A stretch of 58,146 nucleotides of DNA, counting the filler, from Squatina squatina (Eukaryota), in assembly GCA_031763465.1 (NCBI GenBank). It is 3 parts of 3 records of this genome, joined end to end, with 100 filler letters (N's around TTAATTAATTAA, not from the genome) between each part and the next. Parts side by side here need not be neighbours in the genome. Positions count along the whole stretch, not along the records: positions 1 to 25,073 come from JARFOE010000046.1; 2 more parts are not named here. One strand, written 5' to 3'. Below are positions 1 to 13,270 of this stretch, piece after piece. The notes under the pieces are model-generated. The model ran no database searches, was not told the DNA's origin, and saw nothing but the letters and a program-made list of their open reading frames with translations. The translations under genes and the position numbers were made by a program. Numbering within the stretch: position 1 is the stretch's first letter; each line of letters opens with the position of its first letter.

Positions 1-349
1 TAACAGCGTTGTCTGTAAGATCAGCTGCTTACTGTACCGGCAGTGACTTTCTTTATGGTCAGGTAGGCAGATAGAGGCAGAACATGGCACTTTAAAATGC
101 ACCTCTGATTAAAATGCAGATGCTGGTGAGTAGAGAAATTGATGGAGGAAGCTTTTGGGAGTACTGTGACTCAGGCGGGTAATCGACCATTGGTGATGAC
201 TAGAGTTGTAATACTCCACTTTTGGAGAGCTGGGGTCCTGCAATTTAGCATGTTTTCTTTTGAAGGAGTAAAGCCGACTTAATATCATTTTATGAACAGC
301 AATCTACTGTAGTTCTCTTTTTTGAGGGTTTCCATTCCTCTTTTCACAG

Positions 350-605
350 CTCTTCAAAAACAACTGCTGAAAGAGAAAAGGTGCCTCTATCTTCTCCATC
401 TGCAAGTGCTGCACAAAAAACACCGAAGACAGAGCACAAACATCAAAGCCGCAGGAGAACTGCCAATCAAACCTCCACCTCAAAGAGCAATAATAGTAAC
501 ACAAAGCAGAACAGTAGTAGCAGTAATAGCAGCAAAAGCAATTCTTCATCTTCCAAGCATAAAAAGACAGAAGAAAAAGCATCCACACGTCCTAAGGAGA
601 ACAGA
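350..605 (+). CDS. AFF4: AFF4 internal Ser-rich coding exon
   Basis: Acceptor ttcctcttttcacag at 349, donor GTGAGT at 606. Reads SSKTTAEREKVPLSSPSASAAQKTPKTEHKHQSRRRTANQTSTSKS...SSSSKHKKTEEK, resembling the human AFF4 PKTEHGSRKRT...SKQKKTEGK segment. Confidence 0.85.
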
Positions 606-1148
606 GTGAGTCATTGCATTTCATTTAAATTCTTTACAAGATTCTTACATGGCTTGACAGGATAGATGCAGGGAGGATGTTTCCCCTGGCCTGGGTAGTC
701 TAGAACCAGGGATNNNNNNNNNNNNNNNNNNNNNNNNNNNNNNNNNNNNNNNNNNNNNNNNNNNNNNNNNNNNNNNNNNNNNNNNNNNNNNNNNNNNNNN
801 NNNNNNNNNNNNNCATTTCTTTCATATCTCTTTATCTTTGCTGTTTGAATGAAAGGAGCCCCAGTTTTTCTAGTCTCTCCTCATCACCTAAAGCCTTTCA
901 TCCCTGATGCATCTGAGCAAAGCTCCTCTCCAACTTTTCCACCGCTTTGCCTTCCTTCCTAAAGTAGGATACCGAAAACTAAGCATAATAATCTTGCTCT
1001 AATCAATATTTTATATAGGTTTAGCATTAGTTCTTACTTCTGTTCTCTATGCTCCTATTTATAAAATCTTGAATAATTTTTTTACATCCTTAATTTAAGT
1101 TATTCCTTGGGTCTGTGTACTGACCCCTTCCTGTTTTGTCACTTGTAG

Positions 1149-1285
1149 TCAGACAGATTTGAAAAAGCAGTGTATTACCTTGATGCTGTTGTCTCTTTCA
1201 TCGAGTGTGGTAATGCTTTGGAACGAAATTCTCAAGAAGCCAAATCTCCTTTCCCCATGTATGCTGAGACAGTAGAACTTATCAA
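1149..1285 (+). CDS. AFF4: AFF4 C-terminal homology domain exon
   Basis: AG at 1147-1148, GTAAGT at 1286. Reads [46 protein letters not shown], near-identical to AFF4 as recalled. Confidence 0.96.
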
Positions 1286-1418
1286 GTAAGTAAAAGTTCT
1301 AGACATAAGAATACTACATTTTTTTACTTTTTATAATTGTATATGACTAAGTGGTCTTTAATAAAAAATATATATATTCTACTTCGTTGCTGTTTCAAGA
1401 TTTTGTCTTTCTTTCTAG

Positions 1419-1490
1419 ATACACTATGAAGTTAAAGAATCATATGGCACCTGATGCTACAGCAGCGGATAAAAAGCTGGCAGTCTTGTG
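1419..1490 (+). CDS. AFF4: AFF4 C-terminal homology domain exon
   Basis: 72 nt, phase-compatible with both neighbours. Reads [24 protein letters not shown]; donor GTAGGT. Confidence 0.96.
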
Positions 1491-2395
1491 GTAGGTTTCA
1501 CCTAGCAGTGTTCTATTTAATGTACAGATTGGGCCTTATCACATTCTTGCAAAGTAGCAGACATTTTTGTCAGGGCCCTAATCTTATTGAATGCTCCTGA
1601 GCATAATTAACCTGATGCAACCAGCAGAAAAGTTGTTTTAAATGGATGGTTTGTAATAACTGAGCTTGTATCCTTTTTAAAATATATGCCTAACCATTTT
1701 AGTTTTATAATTCTTTCAGCAGTTTTACAGTACATGTACTTATATTTTTTATGTCAGATGTTATTGAGCAAAAATGCATTCCTTTATGACTCAGCCACAA
1801 ATAACGAGGGCCGAGATTATCAAATGAAATGATAAATGAGCTTAAAGATGTGCAGCACCATTGATAATTTGTGATGTAGCACTTCCTTGATGGTAAACGC
1901 CACAATACAGAGACCAGAAGATGCCCAGCTTGTGCTGTATTGGCTAGTTTCAGTTGGGGCAGAAATTGGGGTGCGACACTTAGCCTCGGAAGCTAGCTAG
2001 CTCTTTCCCCTTTCCATTCCAGTGCCACTGACTGGTATGCAGAGACTCCTGCTGAATGCACGCACATGTATTGATGTCGGGTGAAGATGGGATTGGTTCA
2101 ATATCTTGTCGATGTTGTCTNNNNNNNNNNNNNNNNNNNNNNNNNNNNNNNNNNNNNNNNNNNNNNNNNNNNNNNNNNNNNNNNNNNNNNNNNNNNNNNN
2201 NNNNNNNNNNNNNNNNNNCTGTGGAACATGCTGCCACAAGGAGTAGTTGAGGTGACTAGCATAGATACATTTAAGGTGTTTGATCCAGCACTTGAGTATT
2301 CAGTTTTCAGCTATGTCTGATCAGAGTAGAAGCATATGCAAGAGTAAGTTCCTCCAGTTAACGATGAAATTAAAATTGATGTTATTGTTTTCTAG

Positions 2396-2489
2396 TCTTC
2401 GATGTCAATCACTTTTGTACATGAGGTTGTTTAAATTGAAGAAAGACAGTGCACTAAAATACTCCAAAACATTGACTGAACACCTAAAG
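2396..2489 (+). CDS. AFF4: AFF4 C-terminal homology domain exon
   Basis: Reads [31 protein letters not shown] with AG/GT boundaries and matching phase. Confidence 0.96.
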
Positions 2490-2587
2490 GTAAATGATTA
2501 TGGAGCTTTTATAACCAGTTTGTTTTATTTGGCTGCTGTTACTCTGGACATTTCCTTGCTGTGATATTAAATAATTTTATTTTCTAG

Positions 2588-2631
2588 AATTCATATAACA
2601 GTGCGCAGGCTCAGTCACCTGGCGTAGGAAG
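2588..2631 (+). CDS. AFF4: AFF4 short exon
   Basis: 44 nt, reads NSYNSAQAQSPGVG (human NSYNNSQAPSPGLG as recalled); acceptor tttctag, donor GTAATT. Confidence 0.92.
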
Positions 2632-4006
2632 GTAATTTACTTTTTTCTGTGTATGTGTCTCTGATTATTGTGAATGTTTTCTGCTATGTTTTTGAATTTT
2701 GTTGGGTTTACTTAGTGGTCTATATTGCACAGAATATTTTTAAATGTGTTGAATGGTCAGTTTTCAAAGACGAAGGTTGATGCAGAAAAAGTTAGCTATT
2801 GTATTGAATAGCTAATGTACTTTAAATGTACATTCTTTTTATGGAGAAAACTTATCCTTAGCGAGCTACTTTGAGTTCCTGAATTCCCCCATATTAAAAC
2901 ATTGGTTTACTGTCAAACAGGAAAGCTTTGCCACCTTCTGATAGCTGCTGGACACGATTAAAGTGAGTGAAAAGGCTGTTTTGGTGGACTCTTTCAAATT
3001 ATATTACTGTGTATTTACTACTGTGACTTTTCCTTTCGGCTGCTGGTAGTTCAGGGAATTTCTAAGTCCCTGGGCGAACCAATTTCTAAGTTAATAATGA
3101 ACTTACTGTTTTATTTTGCCTCTCTGCTCCTACCTTCTAGTTTGGTGGAGGGGGCAACATAAAATTTTATGGTTACTATTTCAATCAAAACTGGTTTCAG
3201 AGATCTTATTCCTTGGAAAGTATGTGGCCATCTATTGGAGCTAAAATCTGTTTGTAAATCTATGCTCCATACTGCTGTACTGAGATGAGGCGACTCTTGT
3301 GGAGTATAAATGCTAGCACAGACTAGTTGAGCCGAATGGCCTGTTTGTGCTGTATGTTCTGTGTAATTATCCATCTCACCGTGCCCCTGCAAATTAACAA
3401 TTTACCATATTCCCCTGTTAAATATAAAAATTCTAATTTTTTCCTTCACTGCCATTAACCAATTTATTTCAAAACAAAAACTTCCTTCAGCCTTAAAATC
3501 TGTCATTGTTAAGCCATCCACTGCGAGCTATTTTAAATACTTGATTGATTAGATTGCTGGTTGCAGGAGGGCAGCAAGGTATGTCCCACCAACAACTAAT
3601 TTCTCAATTCAAAACCAGTCGGGAGCACCTTCATTCTGAGCGTGTAATTAATAAGCAAGCAAACCCGAGTTTCAAGAAAATTATTTTTTGGGGTCTGAAA
3701 ACAAAACTTTCCTGAGACCCTGCTCANNNNNNNNNNNNNNNNNNNNNNNNNNNNNNNNNNNNNNNNNNNNNNNNNNNNNNNNNNNNNNNNNNNNNNNNNN
3801 NNNNNNNNNNNNNNNNNNNNNNNNNNTGTATATATAGAAACATAGAAGATAGGAACAGGAGTAGGCCATTCGGATACTTGGATTTGTTCTTTTTTTAAAT
3901 TACAGTGGTATTTTTCAGAAGAATACTTGAAAGTTTCAATAATTGTGTTGGTGTAATAATGTTTTTAATGAATGAAGTTACTGAAAGATTATTTTCTTGT
4001 TTACAG

Positions 4007-4134
4007 ACTTTTTTGTGGAGCTGGATAAAGTGATGCATCCTTTGGTATTCAGCAGCAGCAGTATGACTGATCTTGTGCGCTACACCCGTCAGGGTTTACA
4101 TTGGCTCCGACTGGATGCTAACCTGTTACCATGA
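4007..4134 (+). CDS. AFF4: AFF4 last coding exon
   Basis: Reads [41 protein letters not shown] then TGA at 4132-4134. Phase mismatch with the previous visible exon implies one exon is hidden, probably in the gap near 3727-3826. Confidence 0.96.
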
Positions 4135-7100
4135 GCTTGGAAAAGTTGGACAGAAGACCTGAAAAATCTGCCTATTTCTTACTGTCTCAGAATTCTTTCA
4201 CGTCACTGTGTTTCCACTTTTTCTAATTGAAAATAGGCTCCTCACCTTTTACAGAACAAAAATTATGACGAGTTACATTGCTGATTAAACTATTTTTGAA
4301 CCCAGTGACGTAACTTTCCGATAAAATACATATAACAATTTTTAACACTTGTTACATTTCTTCACAAAAACCTTAGACAGAGCTTCAGGAACTTTTTCCC
4401 AATTACGAAAGATAATGTCTTTCTGTTTGCATCACCATCTCCTAATCATGTAAACACCGTGACTAGCACCTTTTACATTACACTAATCAAACAATCGCAG
4501 CTTAGATATGAAAACCAAGCTAACTTGCATGGAATCTCCAGTGGGTGCATTATATTTTATACTGATTCTGTGTTCTATTTAATATTTCCATAGAAGTTCT
4601 TAACTATTGTCAGGATAACTGTAGAGTTTCTCTACCTTTGTATACTATTCGGTTTCTGGGCTGGATCAGGAATTATCACAGGGTATATTAAAAACTCTTA
4701 TTAATTGTGAGAGACAGTAGCATGTTCAAAGCCAGATCTTGTATCCAGGTTGGATGCTGTGACCTTGAGAAGTTTACTTCATCCACCAAAGTAGAAAAAT
4801 GTGCTGGTGCTGTAGCAGTGCTTTGTGAACAGCATTGACTTGCTAGCACATTTGATATAATATAATTGTGAACGGATTTATTGCCAGTTGAACATTTTAA
4901 GACATTGTTTATGTTGGTACTTTACTGCATTCATTTTTGAATGTTGCGTACTGGATAACTGAATTGTCTGAAATGATTTAGTGTAATATTTGTACAGAAG
5001 GCATGCACCCTTGTACAGGAGATGTACAACATTCATATGGTTATAGTAACCTATTTGAGATGCTAGACAAATGAATAGCAACTCCTTGCATCACCAACAC
5101 AGCTTTCCCTGCTTCCACGTATCTGCTTGTCTGCTTCACTGGATAAACATCTTATCCAACCTACAGTGTACATAGACAGGAGTTAGCATTGAGGTATGCA
5201 CAGCTGGATAGTATTAGATCTGAATTGACATCTTTTACACAGTGAAAACTGTATTTGTCTGAAATGCTTCTCATTTAACTGGATTTTTTTAAGTAAGAGT
5301 GGGATGTGCCACAGTGTAAAAGGACTTTTAAATATAAATAATTGAGTTTCTATNNNNNNNNNNNNNNNNNNNNNNNNNNNNNNNNNNNNNNNNNNNNNNN
5401 NNNNNNNNNNNNNNNNNNNNNNNNNNNNNNNNNNNNNNNNNNNNNNNNNNNNNAGCTTTCAGTCTGAATGCACATGTGCTGCATTGCATGCACACTGCAC
5501 CTCAATCCTGCTCCGTCAAAGTTAGTATCTATGTTCTTAAAACTGCTCCACTGTGTTAAGGTTATCATTACTGTTTAAATATAAATAATTGAGATTCTAT
5601 GTATTAAGACTAAGATCTGGAAACTCAGACTACCACTGCAACAATTATGCATCATATACCGCTGCTTTAAATGTTACTGATTAACATACATGCATTTCTT
5701 TAAAACTGAAACAGTATAACCAAGTTTGCATTTTATGTATGTTTTTGTTAGCGTGCTCTTTGGGAGTTTGAATCTGCCACGTCAAACACACTGGGTGTGC
5801 CTTATACATACATCTCTTGTATTTCCCTCCTGGTTTGTTATCTATTTACAGTAGACTACAAGGTGCTACATCAAACAGTAAGGCTGTGTAAATGATGTAA
5901 TTTTGAAGAAAGTTAATTCGAGTTATTTTGTTCTCCATCTTGAGTCATGCTGTGCGTTGAATGTTGGTATAATTTGTGACTACATCTGCCAGATATCCAT
6001 NNNNNNNNNNNNNNNNNNNNNNNNNNNNNNNNNNNNNNNNNNNNNNNNNNNNNNNNNNNNNNNNNNNNNNNNNNNNNNNNNNNNNNNNNNNNNNNNNNNN
6101 NNNNNNNNNNNNNNNNNNNNNNNNNNNNNNNNNNNNNNNNNNNNNNNNNNNNNNNNNNNNNNNNNNNNNNNNNNNNNNNNNNNNNNNNNNNNNNNNNNNN
6201 NNNNNNNNNNNNNNNNNNNNNNNNNNNNNNNNNNNNNNNNNNNNNNNNNNNNNNNNNNNNNNNNNNNNNNNNNNNNNNNNNNNNNNNNNNNNNNNNNNNN
6301 NNNNNNNNNNNNNNNNNNNNNNNNNNNNNNNNNNNNNNNNNNNNNNNNNNNNNNNNNNNNNNNNNNNNNNNNNNNNNNNNNNNNNNNNNNNNNNNNNNNN
6401 NNNNNNNNNNNNNNNNNNNNNNNNNNNNNNNNNNNNNNNNNNNNNNNNNNNNNNNNNNNNNNNNNNNNNNNNNNNNNNNNNNNNNNNNNNNNNNNNNNNN
6501 NNNNNNNNNNNNNNNNNNNNNNNNNNNNNNNNNNNNNNNNNNNNNNNNNNNNNNNNNNNNNNNNNNNNNNNNNNNNNNNNNNNNNNNNNNNNNNNNNNNN
6601 NNNNNNNNNNNNNNNNNNNNNNNNNNNNNNNNNNNNNNNNNNNNNNNNNNNNNNNNNNNNNNNNNNNNNNNNNNNNNNNNNNNNNNNNNNNNNNNNNNNN
6701 NNNNNNNNNNNNNNNNNNNNNNNNNNNNNNNNNNNNNNNNNNNNNNNNNNNNNNNNNNNNNNNNNNNNNNNNNNNNNNNNNNNNNNNNNNNNNNNNNNNN
6801 NNNNNNNNNNNNNNNNNNNNNNNNNNNNNNNNNNNNNNNNNNNNNNNNNNNNNNNNNNNNNNNNNNNNNNNNNNNNNNNNNNNNNNNNNNNNNNNNNNNN
6901 NNNNNNNNNNNNNNNNNNNNNNNNNNNNNNNNNNNNATTCTCCAGTGTCCACTCTGTAGATACTGCTAATGTATTCAACCACAATAAGCAATGCCCATTG
7001 AACCACTAACGAGCAGAGTCTTCCTGTACAGTGGTATCCAGAGAGATCCTCAAACATTGTCAGTCAGCCGAATTCCAAAATGGTTTCAATCTTTACCGTT

Positions 7101-8610
7101 GTCGTCTTGAGCTATGTGTATGTGATGTTAATACTGAAGGTGTGTAATGATAGGTTTGTGTCTGATATGATGTCTGCCCATAAAGTATCAAAAGTTTTTA
7201 AATGTAATGTGTATTTCTAATTATAAATGTTTATTTGATAGAAATAACTGACCTTATAATATTTTATAGTATTTATTACTGTAGATGTCTAGGTCACCTA
7301 GACCTTTTAGCACGCTGTTCCCATTTGATGCCTCCCTATGATTTGTATTTTCATTTTCAGAATTTAAAGATGAACAAAATTTACTGGAGACCATCTCCTC
7401 ACTTAGCTACACTTTTTGTTTAATTTCAGTCTAGAGCTACAGATGAATTTATCAACACATTGCGCATTCAGATATAATAAAATATGACAGAANNNNNNNN
7501 NNNNNNNNNNNNNNNNNNNNNNNNNNNNNNNNNNNNNNNNNNNNNNNNNNNNNNNNNNNNNNNNNNNNNNNNNNNNNNNNNNNNNNNNNNNNNNNNNNNN
7601 NNNNNNNNNNNNNNNNNNNNNNNNNNNNNNNNNNNNNNNNNNNNNNNNNNNNNNNNNNNNNNNNNNNNNNNNNNNNNNNNNNNNNNNNNNNNNNNNNNNN
7701 NNNNNNNNNNNNNNNNNNNNNNNNNNNNNNNNNNNNNNNNNNNNNNNNNNNNNNNNNNNNNNNNNNNNNNNNNNNNNNNNNNNNNNNNNNNNNNNNNNNN
7801 NNNNNNNNNNNNNNNNNNNNNNNNNNNNNNNNNNNNNNNNNNNNNNNNNNNNNNNNNNNNNNNNNNNNNNNNNNNNNNNNNNNNNNNNNNNNNNNNNNNN
7901 NNNNNNNNNNNNNNNNNNNNNNNNNNNNNNNNNNNNNNNNNNNNNNNNNNNNNNNNNNNNNNNNNNNNNNNNNNNNNNNNNNNNNNNNNNNNNNNNNNNN
8001 NNNNNNNNNNNNNNNNNNNNNNNNNNNNNNNNNNNNNNNNNNNNNNNNGTTCCAAATAACTTGTTTACTTATGATTTATAACACTTGATTACATTGACTT
8101 ATACAAATGGAGGTGAATAGTTAACTCAGTAAGTGAAAGCTTTTATAGCTGTGGGTGAGGTTGCTCTCTAACATAGTGCCATCTTTTGCAGTATACAGTA
8201 CTTTGGCTCTTTACAAAGAGTACTGCAGGGTCAAGATTGCCTCAAATATGACGAGGCATTTGCATTGGGAAGTATTTGTAAAATAATCTGTTTATGGCAA
8301 GTAAAGCATTGTATAACCTGAATTTTTGGCTTCTGTAAAGAATATTATATATTTTCCATCATAATGGAAAAGGGTTTTTAGCAAATCTAGATTGTTGCAG
8401 ATCAGCTCTGTATTTTTCAACTTTAGCCACAAGTTGCATATTTTTAAGGAAAATGGGATTCACGTATTTACTGTGTATAAAAAAAAAACCTCAGATTCTT
8501 GTAATTATTCTGTCAGGAAAAGTAGGTTTGCTTTGTATAATGCAGAATTGTTAACTTTAGTGAACTTCCAGTGAGCTTTTTCTTTAATAAACTTTTCAAA
8601 TGCTGACTAG
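4135..8610 (+). other. AFF4: Probable long AFF4 3'UTR (contains gaps)
   Basis: AT/TG-rich sequence free of recognisable transposons, running from the stop codon to a poly(A) signal with a downstream GT/T-rich tract. Confidence 0.65.
8586..8591 (+). terminator. Candidate AFF4 distal polyadenylation signal
   Basis: AATAAA followed about 20 nt later by tttttgtgtttttattgt. Confidence 0.6.
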
Positions 8611-9099
8611 TTTTTGTGTTTTTATTGTATCTGTGCCATCATGCATATGATGGCTCCGGTCTATTTTCACCAAGTTACACTTAAATGTTTTTTCCAGTAA
8701 ATTAGAGGAAAATGTGAGACACAATGTTTAAATGTCATCACCGTTCACTACAATTTAATGATTGTGAATATCTGCTTTTTCCTCTGGTGAGAGCACTTTC
8801 CTTGATTTTACATCNNNNNNNNNNNNNNNNNNNNNNNNNNNNNNNNNNNNNNNNNNNNNNNNNNNNNNNNNNNNNNNNNNNNNNNNNNNNNNNNNNNNNN
8901 NNNNNNNNNNNNNNGGAGGGCGGCAAAATGGAGCTGAGGCTGAAGATCAGTCCTGATCTTATTGAATGGCGGGTTCAAGGGGTACGGTCTAATCCTGCTC
9001 CTATTTCTTCTGTTAAAGGGGCAGCCTGGTTCTTCGTGCTTGTGTTCACGTTAAACCAGTGGATGTGGAGTTTATCCAAGGACGCTTTGGGAGAAAATA

Positions 9100-9600
9100 T
9101 TTGTTCATCAAATTCTTTATAACCGCTATATAAAAAAAGACGCGACACACAGGCGTCACGGAAAGACTTATCAAGTTACCTTTGCACTGGACACCTATAA
9201 TGGTATTGAGACAGCAGCTATGCGCAGTGAACTCGGCAAAGCTCCTTTTATTGCTGTTTACGTCTGTGCACTTCACCTGTTTCGGAGGAAGCTCGTCCTC
9301 TCTCCTAAAAGGTATTTTTGTTTATTGTTTGTTTGTTTTCGGGTCTGACAGTTAGAGGTCTTGAGTTGTGCATTGTTTGCCCTGGAAAGGTACTGGGATG
9401 GCACGAAGCGAACACTCAGCGCTTTCACCAGGCAGACACTGATATTAGGGGTTTTTCTTTTCATTATCTTGCTCGGGGATTCATTCAGCGGACTGGCGGT
9501 TGAATGAAGCTGGAATCCCTCCCGCTCCCGAACTGCCAGCGATCTCATGCTCTTTTTCTCTTCAGTTTGGAAATTCCTGAGCTGATGGCAGTTGTAAGTA
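9100..9600 (+). promoter_or_regulatory. Candidate promoter / 5' exon region upstream of SHROOM1
   Basis: TATATAAAA at 9127-9135, locally more CpGs than the surroundings, and a strong donor GTAAGT at 9594. Which gene it belongs to is uncertain because of gaps. Confidence 0.3.
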
Positions 9601-10104
9601 AAGCAGAAACCTCGTTCAGTGCTGCGAGTGTTAATCAGACTCCCGGTTCTGTTGGTCTCGATTAGTAGCCGGACTTGTGTGGACTTGCTCGGTGTTTACG
9701 AGTGGTCCCTTTTCACACCTTCATGCCTTCAATGTGATTGGGTCTGTATTCGCTGGGCCATACAGGAATGCAGAATCGGGAGCGCTTTGTTCATTTCTGG
9801 GGTTTTTTTCACTGGGCCAGATCTGAACTTGAGTGAAATCGAGTGTTCTTGAGTGACTGTGGCTCTGTGAGTCTGTGATACCGTAACTAGGTGGCTCTGT
9901 AACTCTGTCCTCTGCCTGTGCTCTCTTTGTGGCTGTATTCCGCTCTGGTGCAAAGTCATCGAGGAAAGAAAAATGTCTTCATATCAGTCTAATATTATAA
10001 TCAATATTATTGAAGCTTGACTGCTTGCCTTCCACAGGTGATATTTCTGTGGCCCCACAATGACTGGAACCAACTTCTTCATCTTAATTGTCATCTTATT
10101 GCAG

Positions 10105-10335
10105 CTAATTTAGTACATTTGAACTATAGTCACTGTTGTAATGTAGCAAAGCTGGCAGCCAATTGTGCACAGCAAGGTCCCACAAACAGTAATGAAATAA
10201 ATGGCCAGATCATTTGTGTTTTGGTGTGGGACACAAGGGAAAACTCCACTGCCATGGGTTCTTTTACGTCCACCTGAGAAGGCCGATGGGGCCGCGGTTT
10301 AATAACTCATCCGAAAGATGGCACTTCTGACAGTG
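10105..10335 (-). mobile_element. SacSINE1/DeuSINE-like SINE fragment
   Basis: Reverse complement matches the core and tail of the fuller copy at 18005-18408 (ctcaggtggacgtaaaagaacccatggcag...tttgtgggaccttgctgtgcacaattggctgcc). Confidence 0.75.
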
Positions 10336-10344
10336 AGACAGAAA

Positions 10345-10701
10345 AACATAGGAACTGGAGTTATTCAGCCCCTCGAGCCTGTGCTGCCATTCAATTGGAT
10401 CATGGCTGATCTGTATCTTAAATCCCATCTACCCATCTTGGTTCTGTAACCCTCATAACAAAAACCTATCAATCTCCGTTTGAAATGTTCAATTAACCTA
10501 GCTTCAACAGCTTTTTGGGGAGAGTCTTCCAGATTTCCACTACCTTTTGTGTGCAGAAGTGCTTTCTCACATCACCCCTGAAAGGCCTCGCTCTAATTTT
10601 AAAGTTATGCTCCCTTGTTTTGGACTCCCCGAACCAGAAGAAATAATTTCTCTCTACCCGATCAAATCCTTTAATCATCTTAAATACCTCAATTATATCA
10701 C
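10345..10701 (-). mobile_element. CR1-clade LINE 3' end
   Basis: Minus-strand DIIEVFKMIKGFDRV...TREHNFKIRARPFRGDVRKHFCTQKVVEIWKTLP, the typical CR1 ORF2 C-terminus, followed by a 3' tail. Confidence 0.85.
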
Positions 10702-13084
10702 NNNNNNNNNNNNNNNNNNNNNNNNNNNNNNNNNNNNNNNNNNNNNNNNNNNNNNNNNNNNNNNNNNNNNNNNNNNNNNNNNNNNNNNNNNNNNNNNNNN
10801 NAATGAAACTCAAATATACCTCAGATTTGCCAGTATATAGGTTTAAGATCAAAGCATGCCTTTAGAATATTTAATTCATTTAGATAATTAGGAAGGAAAC
10901 TCTTTTTGATTTGCTTTGGAGAGATGATCTCACTTTTCACAGCATGCTTCCTGTTGGAGGTCTAAACTCCCAAGATTATTTTAGAATTCTTTCTAGCAGT
11001 ATGTGTAGTGGATCACTGCTGATGGAATTCCATTTATAATCTGACATGCTGCTGTTGTTTGGCTGCTCTCCATCTTCACCCCAGTTGCAGCTGAACATTA
11101 CCAGGACTGTCCTGCTTTGAAGTCAGACAAGAATGTGGGTCTTTTTTTTTGTTTGTTCAATAAGCCATGTCAGCAATGAAATATGTCATTCTAGTTCTCT
11201 GGATATTCAAAGGCTCACGTCATTGAGTTTTCTGTAAGCCACCATTGCACCTACTGTTAACCAGTATCAGTCCTTTAGCTCTAGATTCTGGTGAGTTTTT
11301 TTTATCTTTTATTTTCCTTACAGCATTAAATATTCAATTNNNNNNNNNNNNNTATTCAATTGCAAAAATAACTGCGATTAGAATTTTCCACGGTTGTAAT
11401 GAATATAGATTGGAATGCAGTTCTATTTATTTGCTGTGTGCTCTTTTCCGATGCAAAGTTCTGTAATTCTTGAGCCTTGTATCCTGAAAGGTCTCATCAC
11501 AGTTCTGAAACGTATTTAGCAACTTGCACATCAGCAATTAACTCTTTTAAATAAGGGTAAATGATATTCTTTGCAAAAACATGCTAGTATTTTTGTAATG
11601 TGAAAAGCATTGAACTTGTAGGAGTTGTTTGAAGGTACTTTATTGGGAAATATGACCTTTTATTAAGAAACTTTGGTACATTGTTCCACATGTGAAGATG
11701 AGCTGATTCTGAAGAAGCTAACCAGGAGCCACTTGCTGCAGTTAATTTATTTTTAAAGGTCAGCGTTGTCATGGTAATGGCTCGTAAGGAATTTTACCAT
11801 GTTTATACTTCGAGAAGGGCACAACAACATGACTAGTGATGAGACTTTGTCACCCTGCTGATTCCATCTCGCTATAAACTATCTTAATTTAAAACTTCAA
11901 AATATGTATATTGGAAAAAGCAGAAGGTAGAAATTTTCATGATTGTATCGTCACNNNNNNNNNNNNNNNNNNNNNNNNNNNNNNNNNNNNNNNNNNNNNN
12001 NNNNNNNNNNNNNNNNNNNNNNNNNNNNNNNNNNNNNNNNNNNNNNNNNNNNNNTAATATCTTATCTGAAAGACATCACCTCTCATAATGCAGCACTCTC
12101 GATTTTGCACTGAAATGTTGCGCTAGGTTATTCAATCAAGTGGGAAATAACAGTGGTAGCACCGGGAGTCTGACACCAACATTCAAATGAGCCTGACCAC
12201 AGGCTGATCTGCTACCCTTCTCACATAGATCTGGCCGAATTTTTAAAAAAATTCCCAGCCTGAGTTTCCTTCTATTAGGGGCGCCCTCCTCCTCAATGAT
12301 CCCATTAAGGTTAAGTCCTGGTCTTGTATATGCACTGGGCAACATTAAACTACCAGCTTCACATGGGAGTTGAGTTTTCCTCCTTTTCCCCATAATAAGG
12401 GCAGGATTTTGGTAAGAGTTACATACCAGCTTGAGGGAACCTTCTGCTTCGCCAACAGGGTAAACTGTGCATTTTTATTAACTCTGAACAAGCCGCAGGG
12501 TAAATAATTCTGACAAGTTTTATCCTGAACTACCTTGTATGAATGAGGAACAAAAAGACTGAATTGTATTGATAGATATTGCTGTAATTCTAGCCTGTGC
12601 TACTAACATTTTAAAGTATGGCTAACTTTTTCCTTTTTTCATTATGTAATTGTTATTTTAAGATTGGAGTGATTGCATGTAGATTTAGGGCCATTGTTTC
12701 CTCCTGCAGTGAGAGCTGAATCTTTTCCTCACTTTATGTTGGAGGGTTGGGGGAGAGAACACAAAAGAGAGGCTTAAAAGAATGGAGGAGGAAATAGTCA
12801 AATTATAGGGGGAAATAAAATATAATGCACAGTGAATTGAATGATAAAACAAGAATATGTGGATTTTTTCTTCCATACATTTTTCCTTTATTTATTTCAA
12901 ATTAGTAGTTGGTTTCTGAGTGATGCTGACCCAGGCAACTGAACTGCAAGATGCCTGGGCTATACGACAGACTGTAGAGAGAAAATAATAGTCTGGTCTC
13001 CCTGCACCACATATCATCCCTCATATACAATGGCAGGCAGGGCATGTCCTTTTTAAGCCAAAATTTTCTTCTTCCCCCTTCTTA

Positions 13085-13270
13085 ACCTGGCCAACATTCC
13101 CCCCTCAACCAATGCTACTAACAGCCGATTAACTGGTCATTAATCTTATTTGCTGTCTGTGGGACCTTGCAGTCTGCAAAATTGGCTGCTGCATTTGCCT
13201 AAATGGTAACAGCATTAGAAACGGTTTGGGATGTTCTAACATTATGATAAGGTTATGCAAGTTCTTTCTT
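13085..13270 (+). mobile_element. SacSINE1/DeuSINE-like SINE 3' half
   Basis: cctggccaacattcccccctcaacc...tgctgtctgtgggaccttgc...aaattggctgctgcatttgcc...atgcaagttctttctt matches the copy at 18005-18408. Confidence 0.75.

Noticed and set aside
5903-7057. Long ORFs of 150-370 aa here and at 7468-8059, 23236-24059 and 52122-52911
   Set aside because: They are artefacts of translating through N runs.
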